Assembly (NCBI GenBank): GCA_963624325.1
Contig: CAVFPH010000041.1
Location: 1-12,105 of the forward strand
From: a bacterium
GTDB taxonomy: Bacteria; Bacillota; Clostridia; Christensenellales; Aristaeellaceae
Reading direction: 5' to 3'
DNA: 12,105 bases
Positions 1-7,185 of the stretch are shown one piece after another (positions within the stretch are counted from its first letter, which is position 1; the number at the start of each line of letters is the position of its first letter). The notes under the pieces are model-generated. The model was not told where the DNA came from. It made no database searches and was given only the letters and a program-made list of their open reading frames with translations. A program made the position numbers and the translations under genes.

Positions 1-308
1 GCACGGCTCACGCCTTCCTCATCGCCGCTGCCGAAATACTGCGATATTACGACCGTTGCGCCCGATGAAAGGCCCACGAAAAAGCCGACCAGCAGGTTAA
101 TTATCGTGCCGGTTGCGCCGCCCACGGCTGCCAGAGCCTCTTTGCCCAGGAAGTTGCCCACGACGACAGCATCCACTGTGTTGTACAATTGTTGGAAGAA
201 TGTGCCAAGCAGAATCGGAAAAAAGAACATCAGCATCTGCTTCCAGATTACGCCTTCGGTAATGCCGTGCATGTCGGCGGCAGGATCGCGCTTCTTGAAA
301 ACTGCCAT
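1..308 (-). CDS. MATE family efflux transporter, N-terminal portion (gene continues beyond window start)
   Basis: Not in the ORF track because it runs off the edge. My translation of the minus strand from ATG at 308..306 is open to position 1: MAVFKKRDPAADMHGITEGVIWKQMLMFFFPILLGTFFQQLYNTVDAVVVGNFLGKEALAAVGGATGTIINLLVGFFVGLSSGATVVISQYFGSGDEEGVSR. The FFxPxxLGxxxQQLYNxVDxxxVGxxxGxxALAAVG pattern is a typical MATE/NorM-type N-terminus. AGGAG lies 10 nt upstream of the ATG. Confidence 0.75.
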   Translation of the reverse strand, partial: MAVFKKRDPAADMHGITEGVIWKQMLMFFFPILLGTFFQQLYNTVDAVVVGNFLGKEALAAVGGATGTIINLLVGFFVGLSSGATVVISQYFGSGDEEGVSR

Positions 309-352
309 TGCTGCAATACTCCTTTTGTTGCGGCGAAATGCCGCTATGCCCT

Positions 353-381
353 ATCATATAGCAGAAAAAACAGTTTGTCCA
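353..381 (-). promoter_or_regulatory. Putative sigma-A type promoter for the MATE gene (TGGACA-17-TATGAT)
   Basis: The minus strand reads TGGACA (381..376), a 17 nt spacer, then TATGAT (358..353). This would give a leader of about 40 nt ending in AGGAG before the ATG at 308. Sequence match only. Confidence 0.4.
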
Positions 382-427
382 TATGGTCAAAATAAAATAT
401 TCGGTTATTGATTTCCATCGGAAACAA

Positions 428-468
428 ACAGCCTGCTTGCAGCATAAATGGCTCGGCAAGCAGGCTGT
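428..468 (-). terminator. Rho-independent terminator downstream of potD
   Basis: Perfect 13 bp inverted repeat ACAGCCTGCTTGC (428..440) / GCAAGCAGGCTGT (456..468) with a 15 nt loop. On the minus strand it lies 24 nt after the potD stop and is followed by TTGTTTCC. Confidence 0.65.
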
Positions 469-491
469 CAGGAAGATGGAATTATTTCAAA

Positions 492-1541
492 TTACTGCGC
501 TTTTGCGTTTGTTACTTCATTCCACAAAGTCACATATACATTCAGCCAAGCAGTGTCCAAATCGTGGAAATACTCGCAGCGGGAGAGGACCTCATCCGGC
601 GGATTCATCACATAGCTCGTCGTGTAAACTTCGTCCATCAGCTCCAATGCGCCGGTGTTAGGCGTAACATAGCCGATTTCTTCACAGTTCTTGGCAGCGA
701 TATCGGGGCGGCAAAGGAAGTCAATAAACTTTTCGGCATTGCTGACATTGCGCGCAGCCTTCGGAATGACCATGCAGTCCATCCATACGTTGCTGCCTTC
801 TTCGGGAACGGAATAGGCCAAGTCGGGATTTAGGTTCATCGCATACTGCGCGTCGCCGGAATAAACCACAGCCAAAGCTGCTTCATTGATCGCCATTTTT
901 TCCTTGAACTCATCCAGGCCGTATGCCTTCACCATGCCGGTCTGCTTTTGCTTGATCAGCAAATCGGTAGCTGCACGCAAAGCAGTGTAATCCGTGCAGT
1001 TCATGTCATAGCCAAGATAACGCAGGGCAATCCCCATTGCATCGCGGATGCTCTGCATCATCAGCACCTGACCGGCATACTTTTCGTTCCACAGCACGCC
1101 CCATGTGGTAACATCCTCAGCATCAACCATTTTTGTATTGTACAGGATGCCCAGCGTTCCACCCATATACGGCACGGAATGCTTACTTTCCGGGTCATAG
1201 CTGGGATCCATCAGGCTTTCACGCAGATACTTGCTGTTGGGGATATTATCATAGTTGATTTCAGCCAGCAGGCCCTTGTTGTTAAGGCGCTCCACGCAGT
1301 ACTCAGATGGAAAAATGACGTCAAATGCGCCGGGATTGGCTTCTACCTGCACCAGCATATCCTCATTGGTGGTAAAACACATGTAGTTTACAGTGATGCC
1401 TGTCTCTTCTTCAAACTGTTCGATCACGGAACGATCGATATAGTCTTCCCAGTTGAACACGTTCACAACTTCCTTGGCAGCCATGCCAGATGCGGGGATC
1501 ATCAGGCAAAGTACCAGAATTGCGCAGAGCAGCTTTTTCAT
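492..1541 (-). CDS. potD: Spermidine/putrescine ABC transporter substrate-binding protein (PotD/PotF family)
   Basis: ORF 492..1562. N-terminal signal peptide MKKLLCAILVLCLMIPASGMAAKE, then NVFNWEDYID...FPSEY...VPYMGGTLGILYN...VYSGDA, typical of polyamine-binding SBPs. It is the last gene after potABC. I prefer the ATG at 1541 (MKKLL) because GGAGG lies 11 nt upstream. The ATG at 1562 would add MMEVELT before the signal peptide. Confidence 0.85.
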   Translation of the reverse strand: MKKLLCAILVLCLMIPASGMAAKEVVNVFNWEDYIDRSVIEQFEEETGITVNYMCFTTNEDMLVQVEANPGAFDVIFPSEYCVERLNNKGLLAEINYDNIPNSKYLRESLMDPSYDPESKHSVPYMGGTLGILYNTKMVDAEDVTTWGVLWNEKYAGQVLMMQSIRDAMGIALRYLGYDMNCTDYTALRAATDLLIKQKQTGMVKAYGLDEFKEKMAINEAALAVVYSGDAQYAMNLNPDLAYSVPEEGSNVWMDCMVIPKAARNVSNAEKFIDFLCRPDIAAKNCEEIGYVTPNTGALELMDEVYTTSYVMNPPDEVLSRCEYFHDLDTAWLNVYVTLWNEVTNAKAQ

Positions 1542-1568
1542 TGTCAGTTCTACCTCCATCATGTCGTT

Positions 1569-2336
1569 TTAATTATTGTCAGCAGTGCGGTGGTTGACAA
1601 TCATCAGCAGCACCAGCAGCACCACAAACATCAGGGAAGAAAGCGCGTAGTACACGGGACTGATACCCAGTTTGGTTGCCGAGTATATCAGGGTAGACAG
1701 ATTCTGCACCAGCGGACTGGTGGTAAAATAGCTGATTGTAAAATCGTCCAATGACAGTGTAAACGCCAGCAGCGCGCCGGTAATAATCCCTTGCTTGCAT
1801 TCGGGGATCAGCACATGACATAGTGCATACCCGGGTGTTGCACCCAAATCAAGCGCAGCCTCGTAGGTAAAGCGGTTCATCTGTTTCAGTTTCGGCAGGA
1901 CCGAAAGCACCACGTAAGGCACGTCAAAGGTAATATGTGCCAATGCCATCGTAATATATCCGCGGTCTACCTTTGCGAAAATGAACAGCAGCATCAGCGA
2001 AATGCCCGTTACGATGTCCGGCATGGTATTGGGCAGATTGGTGATGGTCATCATCACCGCCTGCGGACGCTTTTTCATACTGTAGATGCCGATTGCAGCC
2101 AGCGTGCCGAGAATGGTTGCAACAATCGTGGCAATCACGGCAATGGATACCGTAACCCAAAGCGCACTCATGATAGAAGAATTGCTGAACAGTTCGCCAT
2201 ACCAGCGGAAGGAAAAGCCTTCCCACTTTGCGCGGCTTTTTCCTGCGTTAAAGGATTGGCAGATCAGCACCACAATAGGAATGTAGAGGAAAATCAGAAT
2301 AATGCCAAGATAGCATTTTTTGAGGAATTGCTTCAT
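1569..2336 (-). CDS. potC: Spermidine/putrescine ABC transporter permease PotC
   Basis: 255 aa multi-pass membrane protein. It is co-linear with E. coli PotC as I recall it (YIPIxxLxxxSFN...W.GF...WY; EAAxDLGA EAA loop; FTLSxDD). Its start overlaps the potB stop by 4 nt. Confidence 0.85.
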   Translation of the reverse strand: MKQFLKKCYLGIILIFLYIPIVVLICQSFNAGKSRAKWEGFSFRWYGELFSNSSIMSALWVTVSIAVIATIVATILGTLAAIGIYSMKKRPQAVMMTITNLPNTMPDIVTGISLMLLFIFAKVDRGYITMALAHITFDVPYVVLSVLPKLKQMNRFTYEAALDLGATPGYALCHVLIPECKQGIITGALLAFTLSLDDFTISYFTTSPLVQNLSTLIYSATKLGISPVYYALSSLMFVVLLVLLMIVNHRTADNN

Positions 2337-3322
2337 ACGATGCCGCCTCCCTCACCATTCGGATCTGCTTTGCGCAGAATCGACAGAGATATCAGGATCA
2401 GAACCATCATGATCAGGGACAGCGCACTTCCCAAATTCCAGTTTCCTGCCACCAGGAACGTGGACTCAATCAGGTCACCGAACATCTGCGTATTGCCTCC
2501 GCCCAGTACACGGGGAATAAAGAATGTAGTTACGGACGGCATGAAAACCATCGTAATGCCGCTGATGACGCCGGGGATGCTCAGGGGCATGGTAACGCGC
2601 AGCAGGGTCCGCAGTTCATTGCAGCCAAGATCCTGTGCGGCCTCTCCCAGTTTCGGATCCAGCTTGCTAAGTGATGTATAAATGGGAAAAACCATAAACG
2701 GCAGAAAGTTATACACCATGCCAAGCAGCACTGCTCCCTGGTTATACATCAGCTGTTTGCGGCCGATGCCGATCCACTCCAGGAAAGCATTAATCAGGCC
2801 GTTATCCTCCAGCAGGCTCATCCACGCGATGGTGCGAAGCAAAAAGTTCATCCACATGGGGATGATAAAAAGCACCACAATCGTAGAGCCCTTCTTCATT
2901 TTTCTGTCCGCCATGAAGAGCGCGGCGGGATACCCCAGCACAAGTGAGATCACCGTACACAGGAAAGCCATCCATAGCGAATATACCAATGTATCCACGT
3001 TGACGGATCCGCGGGCAACCGTTGCTGCAACTTCATCCCCCGCCAGGGTGCGCAGGTTTTCACGCATGCTGTAATTGCTGTCCCAGAAGGAACGGAAATT
3101 ATCCAGCGTAAATGCTCCGTTTGCATCCGTAAAAGCGTAATAAGCAATCAGAATGCAAGGAAGAAGGGTGAAAATAATCATCCACAATGTGTAGGGGGAT
3201 GCAAACAGCGAGCGCTTCACCCCGTGATGGTGCCGAACAGACAAAGCAATCAGTGCTGCAAAAATTACCAGTCCAACGCCCATCACCCAAAATGCCCATA
3301 CGGGCAGCTGCATATTCATCAT
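2333..3322 (-). CDS. potB: Spermidine/putrescine ABC transporter permease PotB, with N-terminal extension
   Basis: 329 aa. EAA loop [25 protein letters not shown]; core begins around [23 protein letters not shown], as in PotB. The ATG at 3322 overlaps the potA stop (ATGA). Alternative in-frame ATGs at 3319 and 3313. Confidence 0.8.
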   Translation of the reverse strand: MMNMQLPVWAFWVMGVGLVIFAALIALSVRHHHGVKRSLFASPYTLWMIIFTLLPCILIAYYAFTDANGAFTLDNFRSFWDSNYSMRENLRTLAGDEVAATVARGSVNVDTLVYSLWMAFLCTVISLVLGYPAALFMADRKMKKGSTIVVLFIIPMWMNFLLRTIAWMSLLEDNGLINAFLEWIGIGRKQLMYNQGAVLLGMVYNFLPFMVFPIYTSLSKLDPKLGEAAQDLGCNELRTLLRVTMPLSIPGVISGITMVFMPSVTTFFIPRVLGGGNTQMFGDLIESTFLVAGNWNLGSALSLIMMVLILISLSILRKADPNGEGGGIV

Positions 3323-4380
3323 GGTGCAACGTCCTCCTTCATGGGACGCATGATGTGAATATTAAACGGCACAATCGCAAGGCCCACGCGCGAGCCTGCG
3401 GGCTGCATCGTCGTAGAATGCACCTTCCAGGTAAAATCTCCGGCGTCAATCATCATTTCGTAGTGTACGCCCTTGAAAAGCACGCTCTTAACCGTTCCCG
3501 TCAGCTGGCCGATATCCTCGCCCACGATGACAATATCTTCCGGGCGGATTACAACATCCACCGGCGTATTTTCGCCGAAGCCGGAATCCACGCACGGGAA
3601 ATCCGCTCCGCTGAAGGAGACCAGCTCATCATGTACCATGGTGCCGCGGATGATGTTGCTTTCACCGATAAAGCGCGCTACAAAGGCATTTTTCGGCTCA
3701 TCGTAAATCGCCTTCGGCTGGCCTATCTGCAGGATGTGCCCGCCGTTCATTACCGCAATGGTATCGCTCATGGTCAGGGCTTCCTCCTGATCATGGGTCA
3801 CATAGACAAATGTAATCCCCAGCTGCTGCTGCATGGATTTCAGTTCAATCTGCATCTCTTTGCGCAGCTTCAAATCCAGTGCGCCGAGCGGTTCATCCAA
3901 CAGCAACACATCCGGCTCATTTACCAGTGCGCGGGCAATGGCAATGCGCTGCTGCTGACCGCCGGAGAGCGAATCCACGCTGCGCTTTCCGAAGCCGGAC
4001 AGATTGACCAGGCTCAGCATTTTATCCACACGCTTGTCGATCTCGCCGCGGCTCATCTTCTTGATTTTCAGGCCGAAGGCAATATTATCCCGCACGTTCA
4101 GATGCGGAAACAGCGCGTACTTTTGAAAAACCGTATTCACGCGGCGCTTGTATGGCGGAACATCGGTGATGTCTTTCCCTTCAAAAATCACACGCCCGGT
4201 CGTGGGATACTCAAAGCCGCCGATCAAGCGCAGCGTTGTGGTTTTTCCGCATCCTGAAGGCCCAAGCAATGTCAGAAATTCATTTTTCAAGATGTAAAGG
4301 TTAATATCCGACAAAACGGTAACGCCATCATATTCCTTGGAGATATTCTCCAAATGTATCATGCGGGGTGCTTTTTCCAT
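3319..4380 (-). CDS. potA: Spermidine/putrescine ABC transporter ATP-binding protein PotA
   Basis: 353 aa. Walker [10 protein letters not shown], signature LSGGQQQR, Walker B LLLDEP, H-loop VTHDQEEA, and a C-terminal regulatory (TOBE-like) domain. GAAGGAGAA lies 8 nt upstream of the ATG. Confidence 0.9.
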   Translation of the reverse strand: MEKAPRMIHLENISKEYDGVTVLSDINLYILKNEFLTLLGPSGCGKTTTLRLIGGFEYPTTGRVIFEGKDITDVPPYKRRVNTVFQKYALFPHLNVRDNIAFGLKIKKMSRGEIDKRVDKMLSLVNLSGFGKRSVDSLSGGQQQRIAIARALVNEPDVLLLDEPLGALDLKLRKEMQIELKSMQQQLGITFVYVTHDQEEALTMSDTIAVMNGGHILQIGQPKAIYDEPKNAFVARFIGESNIIRGTMVHDELVSFSGADFPCVDSGFGENTPVDVVIRPEDIVIVGEDIGQLTGTVKSVLFKGVHYEMMIDAGDFTWKVHSTTMQPAGSRVGLAIVPFNIHIMRPMKEDVAP

Positions 4381-4411
4381 GGCGGCAGTTCTCCTTCGGT
4401 ATTGAATAAAT

Positions 4412-4957
4412 TTAGAAGCTGGGCGGGGTGGATACCCACAGTACTTTCGCGGGATGTTTGCCTGTATTTACCAGGCAATGAGCATCAGTCGGATGGATAC
4501 AGAAGCTTCCACCCGTCTTTATGCGGTATTTCTTGTCTCCCAGACGTAATTGCACACTGCCGGAGAGGACATAGCCAAACTCCTCCCCTTCGTGGGGCGG
4601 CATTTCCTGTGAGCTTCCTCCCGGACCGATTTGAACCAGAATCGGCTCCATGTCATTTTTCTGCGCACTGGGAACCAGCCAGACGATGCTTCCGTGCAGG
4701 GTTTCTTCGCTGGTTTTTTCAAACATGTCGGAAGGCTGAAAAACGATCTTTTCTTCCTGATCCGCTTCCGAAAAGAATGTTTTTAAGTCACTTCCCAAGC
4801 ATTCCAGCATGTCGGTAAGCGTTGCGATGGAGGGAGAAGCCAGATTGCGCTCCACCTGCGAAATAAAGCCTTTGCTCAATTCGCATCGGTCAGCCATTTC
4901 CTCCTGAGTCAAATTGCGCTGTATGCGCAGGCGGCGAAGCTTTTCGCCGATGTCCAT
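4412..4957 (-). CDS. XRE-family HTH transcriptional regulator with C-terminal cupin domain (PuuR-like architecture)
   Basis: 181 aa. N-terminal HTH_3-type motif [33 protein letters not shown]-terminal cupin motifs [14 protein letters not shown] and [22 protein letters not shown] lies 8 nt upstream of the ATG. Only 31 nt separate it from potA and there is no terminator, so it is probably the first gene of the pot operon. Confidence 0.85.
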   Translation of the reverse strand: MDIGEKLRRLRIQRNLTQEEMADRCELSKGFISQVERNLASPSIATLTDMLECLGSDLKTFFSEADQEEKIVFQPSDMFEKTSEETLHGSIVWLVPSAQKNDMEPILVQIGPGGSSQEMPPHEGEEFGYVLSGSVQLRLGDKKYRIKTGGSFCIHPTDAHCLVNTGKHPAKVLWVSTPPSF

Positions 4958-4983
4958 GATATCGCTCCTTTACAGCTACGAAG

Positions 4984-5002
4984 GGTTTACTTTTACTAAG
5001 CT
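4984..5002. promoter_or_regulatory. Degenerate copy of the operator-like palindrome (site 1 of 3)
   Basis: GGTTTAC-TTTTA-CTAAGCT. Its half-sites match the AGTTTAG / CTAAACT consensus of the two stronger sites at 5/7 and 6/7. Its centre (4993) is exactly 35 bp from the next site. Confidence 0.35.
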
Positions 5003-5017
5003 TTCGGCAGCACCATA

Positions 5018-5038
5018 CAGTTTAGATTTGCTAAACTG
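5018..5038. promoter_or_regulatory. Operator-like perfect palindrome (site 2 of 3)
   Basis: CAGTTTAG-ATTTG-CTAAACTG, a perfect 8 bp inverted repeat with a 5 bp spacer, centred at 5028. Confidence 0.55.
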
Positions 5039-5051
5039 CAGGTGACAGTTT

Positions 5052-5074
5052 GCAGTTTAGCTTTACTAAACCGC
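5052..5074. promoter_or_regulatory. Operator-like palindrome (site 3 of 3)
   Basis: GCAGTTTAG-CTTTA-CTAAACCGC, a 9 bp inverted repeat with one mismatch, centred at 5063. It lies a few nt downstream of the predicted minus-strand transcription start. Confidence 0.55.
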
Positions 5075-5087
5075 AAAGCGCGAAAAG

Positions 5088-5116
5088 ATTAAACCATAAG
5101 ATAAGCGGCATGTCAA
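5088..5116 (-). promoter_or_regulatory. Putative sigma-A promoter of the regulator-potABCD operon (TTGACA-17-TTTAAT)
   Basis: The minus strand reads TTGACA (5116..5111), a 17 nt spacer, then TTTAAT (5093..5088). It has a perfect -35 and a 5/6 -10. It is the best promoter-like match I found in the 4958..5222 intergenic region for the minus strand. Confidence 0.55.
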
Positions 5117-5137
5117 TACCATAGCAGAAAAAAAGTA

Positions 5138-5166
5138 TTGCTTTTTATTGAAATCTATGTTACCAT
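5138..5166 (+). promoter_or_regulatory. Putative promoter of the ctsR operon (TTGCTT-17-TACCAT)
   Basis: TTGCTT at 5138..5143, a 17 nt spacer, then TACCAT at 5161..5166. This is a weak match. It is supported mainly by the CtsR box starting 7 nt downstream, the usual position for CtsR operators. Confidence 0.35.
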
Positions 5167-5172
5167 TTCAAT

Positions 5173-5189
5173 GGTCAAAGTTAGTCAGT
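5173..5189 (+). promoter_or_regulatory. CtsR operator (tandem heptad repeat)
   Basis: GGTCAAA-GTT-AGTCAGT compared with the published CtsR box (A/G)GTCAAA-NAN-(A/G)GTCAAA. The first heptad matches 7/7 and the second 5/7. It lies directly upstream of ctsR, consistent with autoregulation. Confidence 0.7.
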
Positions 5190-5222
5190 GTTATGCTGAT
5201 CGACCGAGGAGTGAAAAAACAA

Positions 5223-5708
5223 GTGAGACTGAGCGATACCATTGAACAATTTATCAAGGACATGATCAGTGAAGAGCCGCAAGCTGAGGTGGACCTAAAG
5301 CGCAACGAGCTGGCCGCCTACTTTCATTGTGCCCCTTCGCAAATCAATTATGTCCTTTCTACACGCTTTACCCCCGATCACGGCTACGTTACCAGCAGCC
5401 AGCGCGGGGGTGGCGGATATATCCGGATCGTGCGTATCGTGCGCGGCGATCGGGAACAGCTTGCTTACCTGTTGTCTGACCGAATCGGCAGCAGTATCAC
5501 AGCAGCTGAAGCGCAGGTTTTGTCCAATCAGCTTGCCGAACGCGGCGTAATTTCCGCTGCCGATGCACAGCTCATGACCTCTGCTACAAGCGCAGCTGCC
5601 CTTTCGGTCCCCGTAACCGAAAGTGTAAAAGACGCGATGAGGGCAAGAATCCTGCGCAGCATGCTGCTGACCATCGCTCAGCGCAGAAAGGAGGCAGGTG
5701 CCACATGA
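5223..5708 (+). CDS. ctsR: Class III stress-gene repressor CtsR
   Basis: ORF 5148..5708. PSQINYVLSTRFT (winged HTH) and the hallmark glycine loop QRGGGGYIRI match B. subtilis CtsR as I recall it. I place the start at GTG 5223 (VRLSDTIEQFIKDMI aligns with the CtsR N-terminus). GAGGAG lies 11 nt upstream, and the CtsR box and likely promoter fall inside the longer ORF. The start is less certain than the identity. Confidence 0.85.
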   Translation: MRLSDTIEQFIKDMISEEPQAEVDLKRNELAAYFHCAPSQINYVLSTRFTPDHGYVTSSQRGGGGYIRIVRIVRGDREQLAYLLSDRIGSSITAAEAQVLSNQLAERGVISAADAQLMTSATSAAALSVPVTESVKDAMRARILRSMLLTIAQRRKEAGAT

Positions 5709-6202
5709 TGTGCGAAGAATGCGGAAAGCGTCCTGCCCGTGTAGCGGTCACCGTAATTACCTCCGGCAAGGCAAGCACCCGCCACCTTTGCCCCCTATGT
5801 GCCGCCCGTCTTCAGCGCGGCGATGCGCAAAGCGTGCAGGCAACGTTGCTGGGTGTGCTGATGGGCAGCAATCCTCCCGCCATTGTTTGTCCCTGCTGCG
5901 GACGCACAACGGAGCAATTTCTGCATACAGGCCGTTTGAGCTGCCCCGCCTGTTACGATGCCTTTACCCCCATTCTCGGAAAGCTTTTTATGCAGCTGGA
6001 CTCCGTTCCGCAGCAGACACCGCCGCAGACAGCACCTCTGTCCGAAAATACCCCGGCCAAATTGCCGGCCGATCCCCGTGCACAGCAGATCGATCAGCTT
6101 CGTGGCGAGCTGTATCAAGCCGTCAGTGAGGAAAACTACGAGCATGCTGCGGCGCTGCGTGACAAAATCCGCGCTTTGGAAAGCGAGGCAAAGCAGCCGT
6201 GA
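5705..6202 (+). CDS. mcsA: McsA-type protein (four CxxC-type zinc-binding motifs plus C-terminal UVR motif)
   Basis: 165 aa. CEEC...CPLC...CPCC...CPAC in the same order as B. subtilis McsA, followed by the UVR-like helix QIDQLRGELYQAVSEENYEHAAALRDKIRALE. The ATG overlaps the ctsR stop (ATGA). Confidence 0.85.
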   Translation: MMCEECGKRPARVAVTVITSGKASTRHLCPLCAARLQRGDAQSVQATLLGVLMGSNPPAIVCPCCGRTTEQFLHTGRLSCPACYDAFTPILGKLFMQLDSVPQQTPPQTAPLSENTPAKLPADPRAQQIDQLRGELYQAVSEENYEHAAALRDKIRALESEAKQP

Positions 6203-7185
6203 AGGACTTTCTGATGAGCGGTGCGGTATGCCTGCACCGCAGTTATGCCGATTTGCCCTTCTTCTCCGACGGCCGATCGGACGTGGTCCAGGCCGTAAAC
6301 AAACGCGTCCTGCCTGTGCTTGAAAAGGAAGAAGATACCTTTACTTACCTAATGGTGCAGCAGATGGAGCCGGAACAGCGCCGTGTGCTGATTGCGCATG
6401 GCCTGCTGGATCCGGACAGTGCAGACAACGCCCTGTCCTCTGCCTACCTACGGCAGGATGACCGGCTGTGTATGCAGACCGCTGCAGCCGATCATCTGCG
6501 TATCGCAGCCTATGACGAGAATGGCGGCCTGTCCGATTGTCTGGCACTGTGCCTGCCATTGGAGCAGGCGCTGGAAACCGATCACCCCTACGCACACTCC
6601 GCGCAGTATGGCTACCTTACTGCCCGTCCCTGCGACGCAGGCAGCGGAATGCGTGCATCGCTCCTGCTGCACCTGCCTGCGCTGACATTGTTCAAGCAGA
6701 TTCCCAACATAAAGCGCATGTTCGGCTTGTCCGGCCTGCTGCTGTACAGTACCGCCTCGTCCCAGGAAGAGCGCGGAGACGCGTTGTATCTGCTTGAAAA
6801 CCGCATAACGCTGGGCATAGATACGGCCGGCATCCTGCACCGCCTGCAATCCCACGCCGAACAGCTGATTGCACTCGAGCGTCAGCTGCGTGCCAAGGCT
6901 GCCGATCGTGGGGACGAGTTTGTGCTGGACGCGATTTACCGTGCCTACGGCGTGGCACGCTACGCACGCAAAATCAGCCGTGCCGAAGGCATGCATCTGT
7001 GGTCGGCGCTGACGCTCGGGAAAGCTCTTGGTACGCTGAGCCTTTCGGAAGAGCAGCTGGAACGGCTGTATCAGCTGTGCTCCGATACGCAAGCAGGGCT
7101 TGAAGCCGCTGCAAAGCAGCAAAGCACTGCATCCGATGTACTTCGTGCCCGCCGTATACGGGACTTGATTCATGGAGGAAATTAA
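6199..7185 (+). CDS. mcsB: McsB-like ATP:guanido phosphotransferase family protein; catalytic motifs appear degenerate
   Basis: 328 aa. DHLRI, GYLTARPCDAGSGMRASLLLHLPAL and ENRITLG are co-linear with B. subtilis McsB (DHIRI, [32 protein letters not shown]). It occupies the mcsB position between mcsA and clpC. GTG 6199 overlaps the mcsA stop (GTGA); an alternative ATG is at 6214. See the findings for the catalytic substitutions. Confidence 0.8.
   Translation: MKDFLMSGAVCLHRSYADLPFFSDGRSDVVQAVNKRVLPVLEKEEDTFTYLMVQQMEPEQRRVLIAHGLLDPDSADNALSSAYLRQDDRLCMQTAAADHLRIAAYDENGGLSDCLALCLPLEQALETDHPYAHSAQYGYLTARPCDAGSGMRASLLLHLPALTLFKQIPNIKRMFGLSGLLLYSTASSQEERGDALYLLENRITLGIDTAGILHRLQSHAEQLIALERQLRAKAADRGDEFVLDAIYRAYGVARYARKISRAEGMHLWSALTLGKALGTLSLSEEQLERLYQLCSDTQAGLEAAAKQQSTASDVLRARRIRDLIHGGN

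Noticed and set aside
385-391. GGTCAAA heptad upstream of the MATE gene, considered as a possible second CtsR operator.
   Set aside because: It is a single heptad. The sequence at the expected position of the second repeat (AAATATT) does not match. It also lies upstream of the predicted -35 rather than over the promoter.
309-427. Possible riboswitch or leader in front of the MATE transporter, including the small GCGGC/GCCGC hairpin at 330..344.
   Set aside because: After placing the promoter only about 40 nt of leader remain, too short for known riboswitch classes. The 5 bp hairpin is unremarkable.
97-459. 120 aa minus-strand ORF spanning the MATE start and its upstream region.
   Set aside because: It is in a different frame from the clearly MATE-like reading frame, runs through the predicted promoter and terminator, and its product is Cys/Arg-rich with no recognisable motif.
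1542-1562. Upstream ATG (1562) adding MMEVELT to PotD.
   Set aside because: It would place acidic residues ahead of the signal peptide. The GGAGG that serves the 1541 ATG lies inside this extension. Not fully excluded.
3187-4257. 356 aa plus-strand ORF, as long as potA itself and fully antisense to it. Similar long antisense ORFs occur at 948..1754, 1935..2681, 6448..7173, 8811..9386, 9978..10532 and 11214..12026.
   Set aside because: Each lies entirely inside a confidently identified gene on the opposite strand. Their products are Arg/His/Ala/Leu-rich with no recognisable motifs, and I saw no RBS. These are typical shadow ORFs of GC-rich coding DNA.
5148-5222. Upstream ATG (5148) that would extend CtsR by 25 residues (MKSMLPFQWSKLVSVMLIDRGVKKQ).
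   Set aside because: The extension has no counterpart in CtsR proteins, contains the CtsR box and the probable -10 region, and lacks an RBS. GTG 5223 is preceded by GAGGAG and aligns with the CtsR N-terminus.
6000-6090. Pro/Gln-rich low-complexity stretch in McsA (QLDSVPQQTPPQTAPLSENTPAKLPADPRAQQ), considered as a possible repeat or insertion.
   Set aside because: It occupies the variable linker between the zinc-binding part and the UVR motif. There is no nucleotide-level repeat, and it is in frame.
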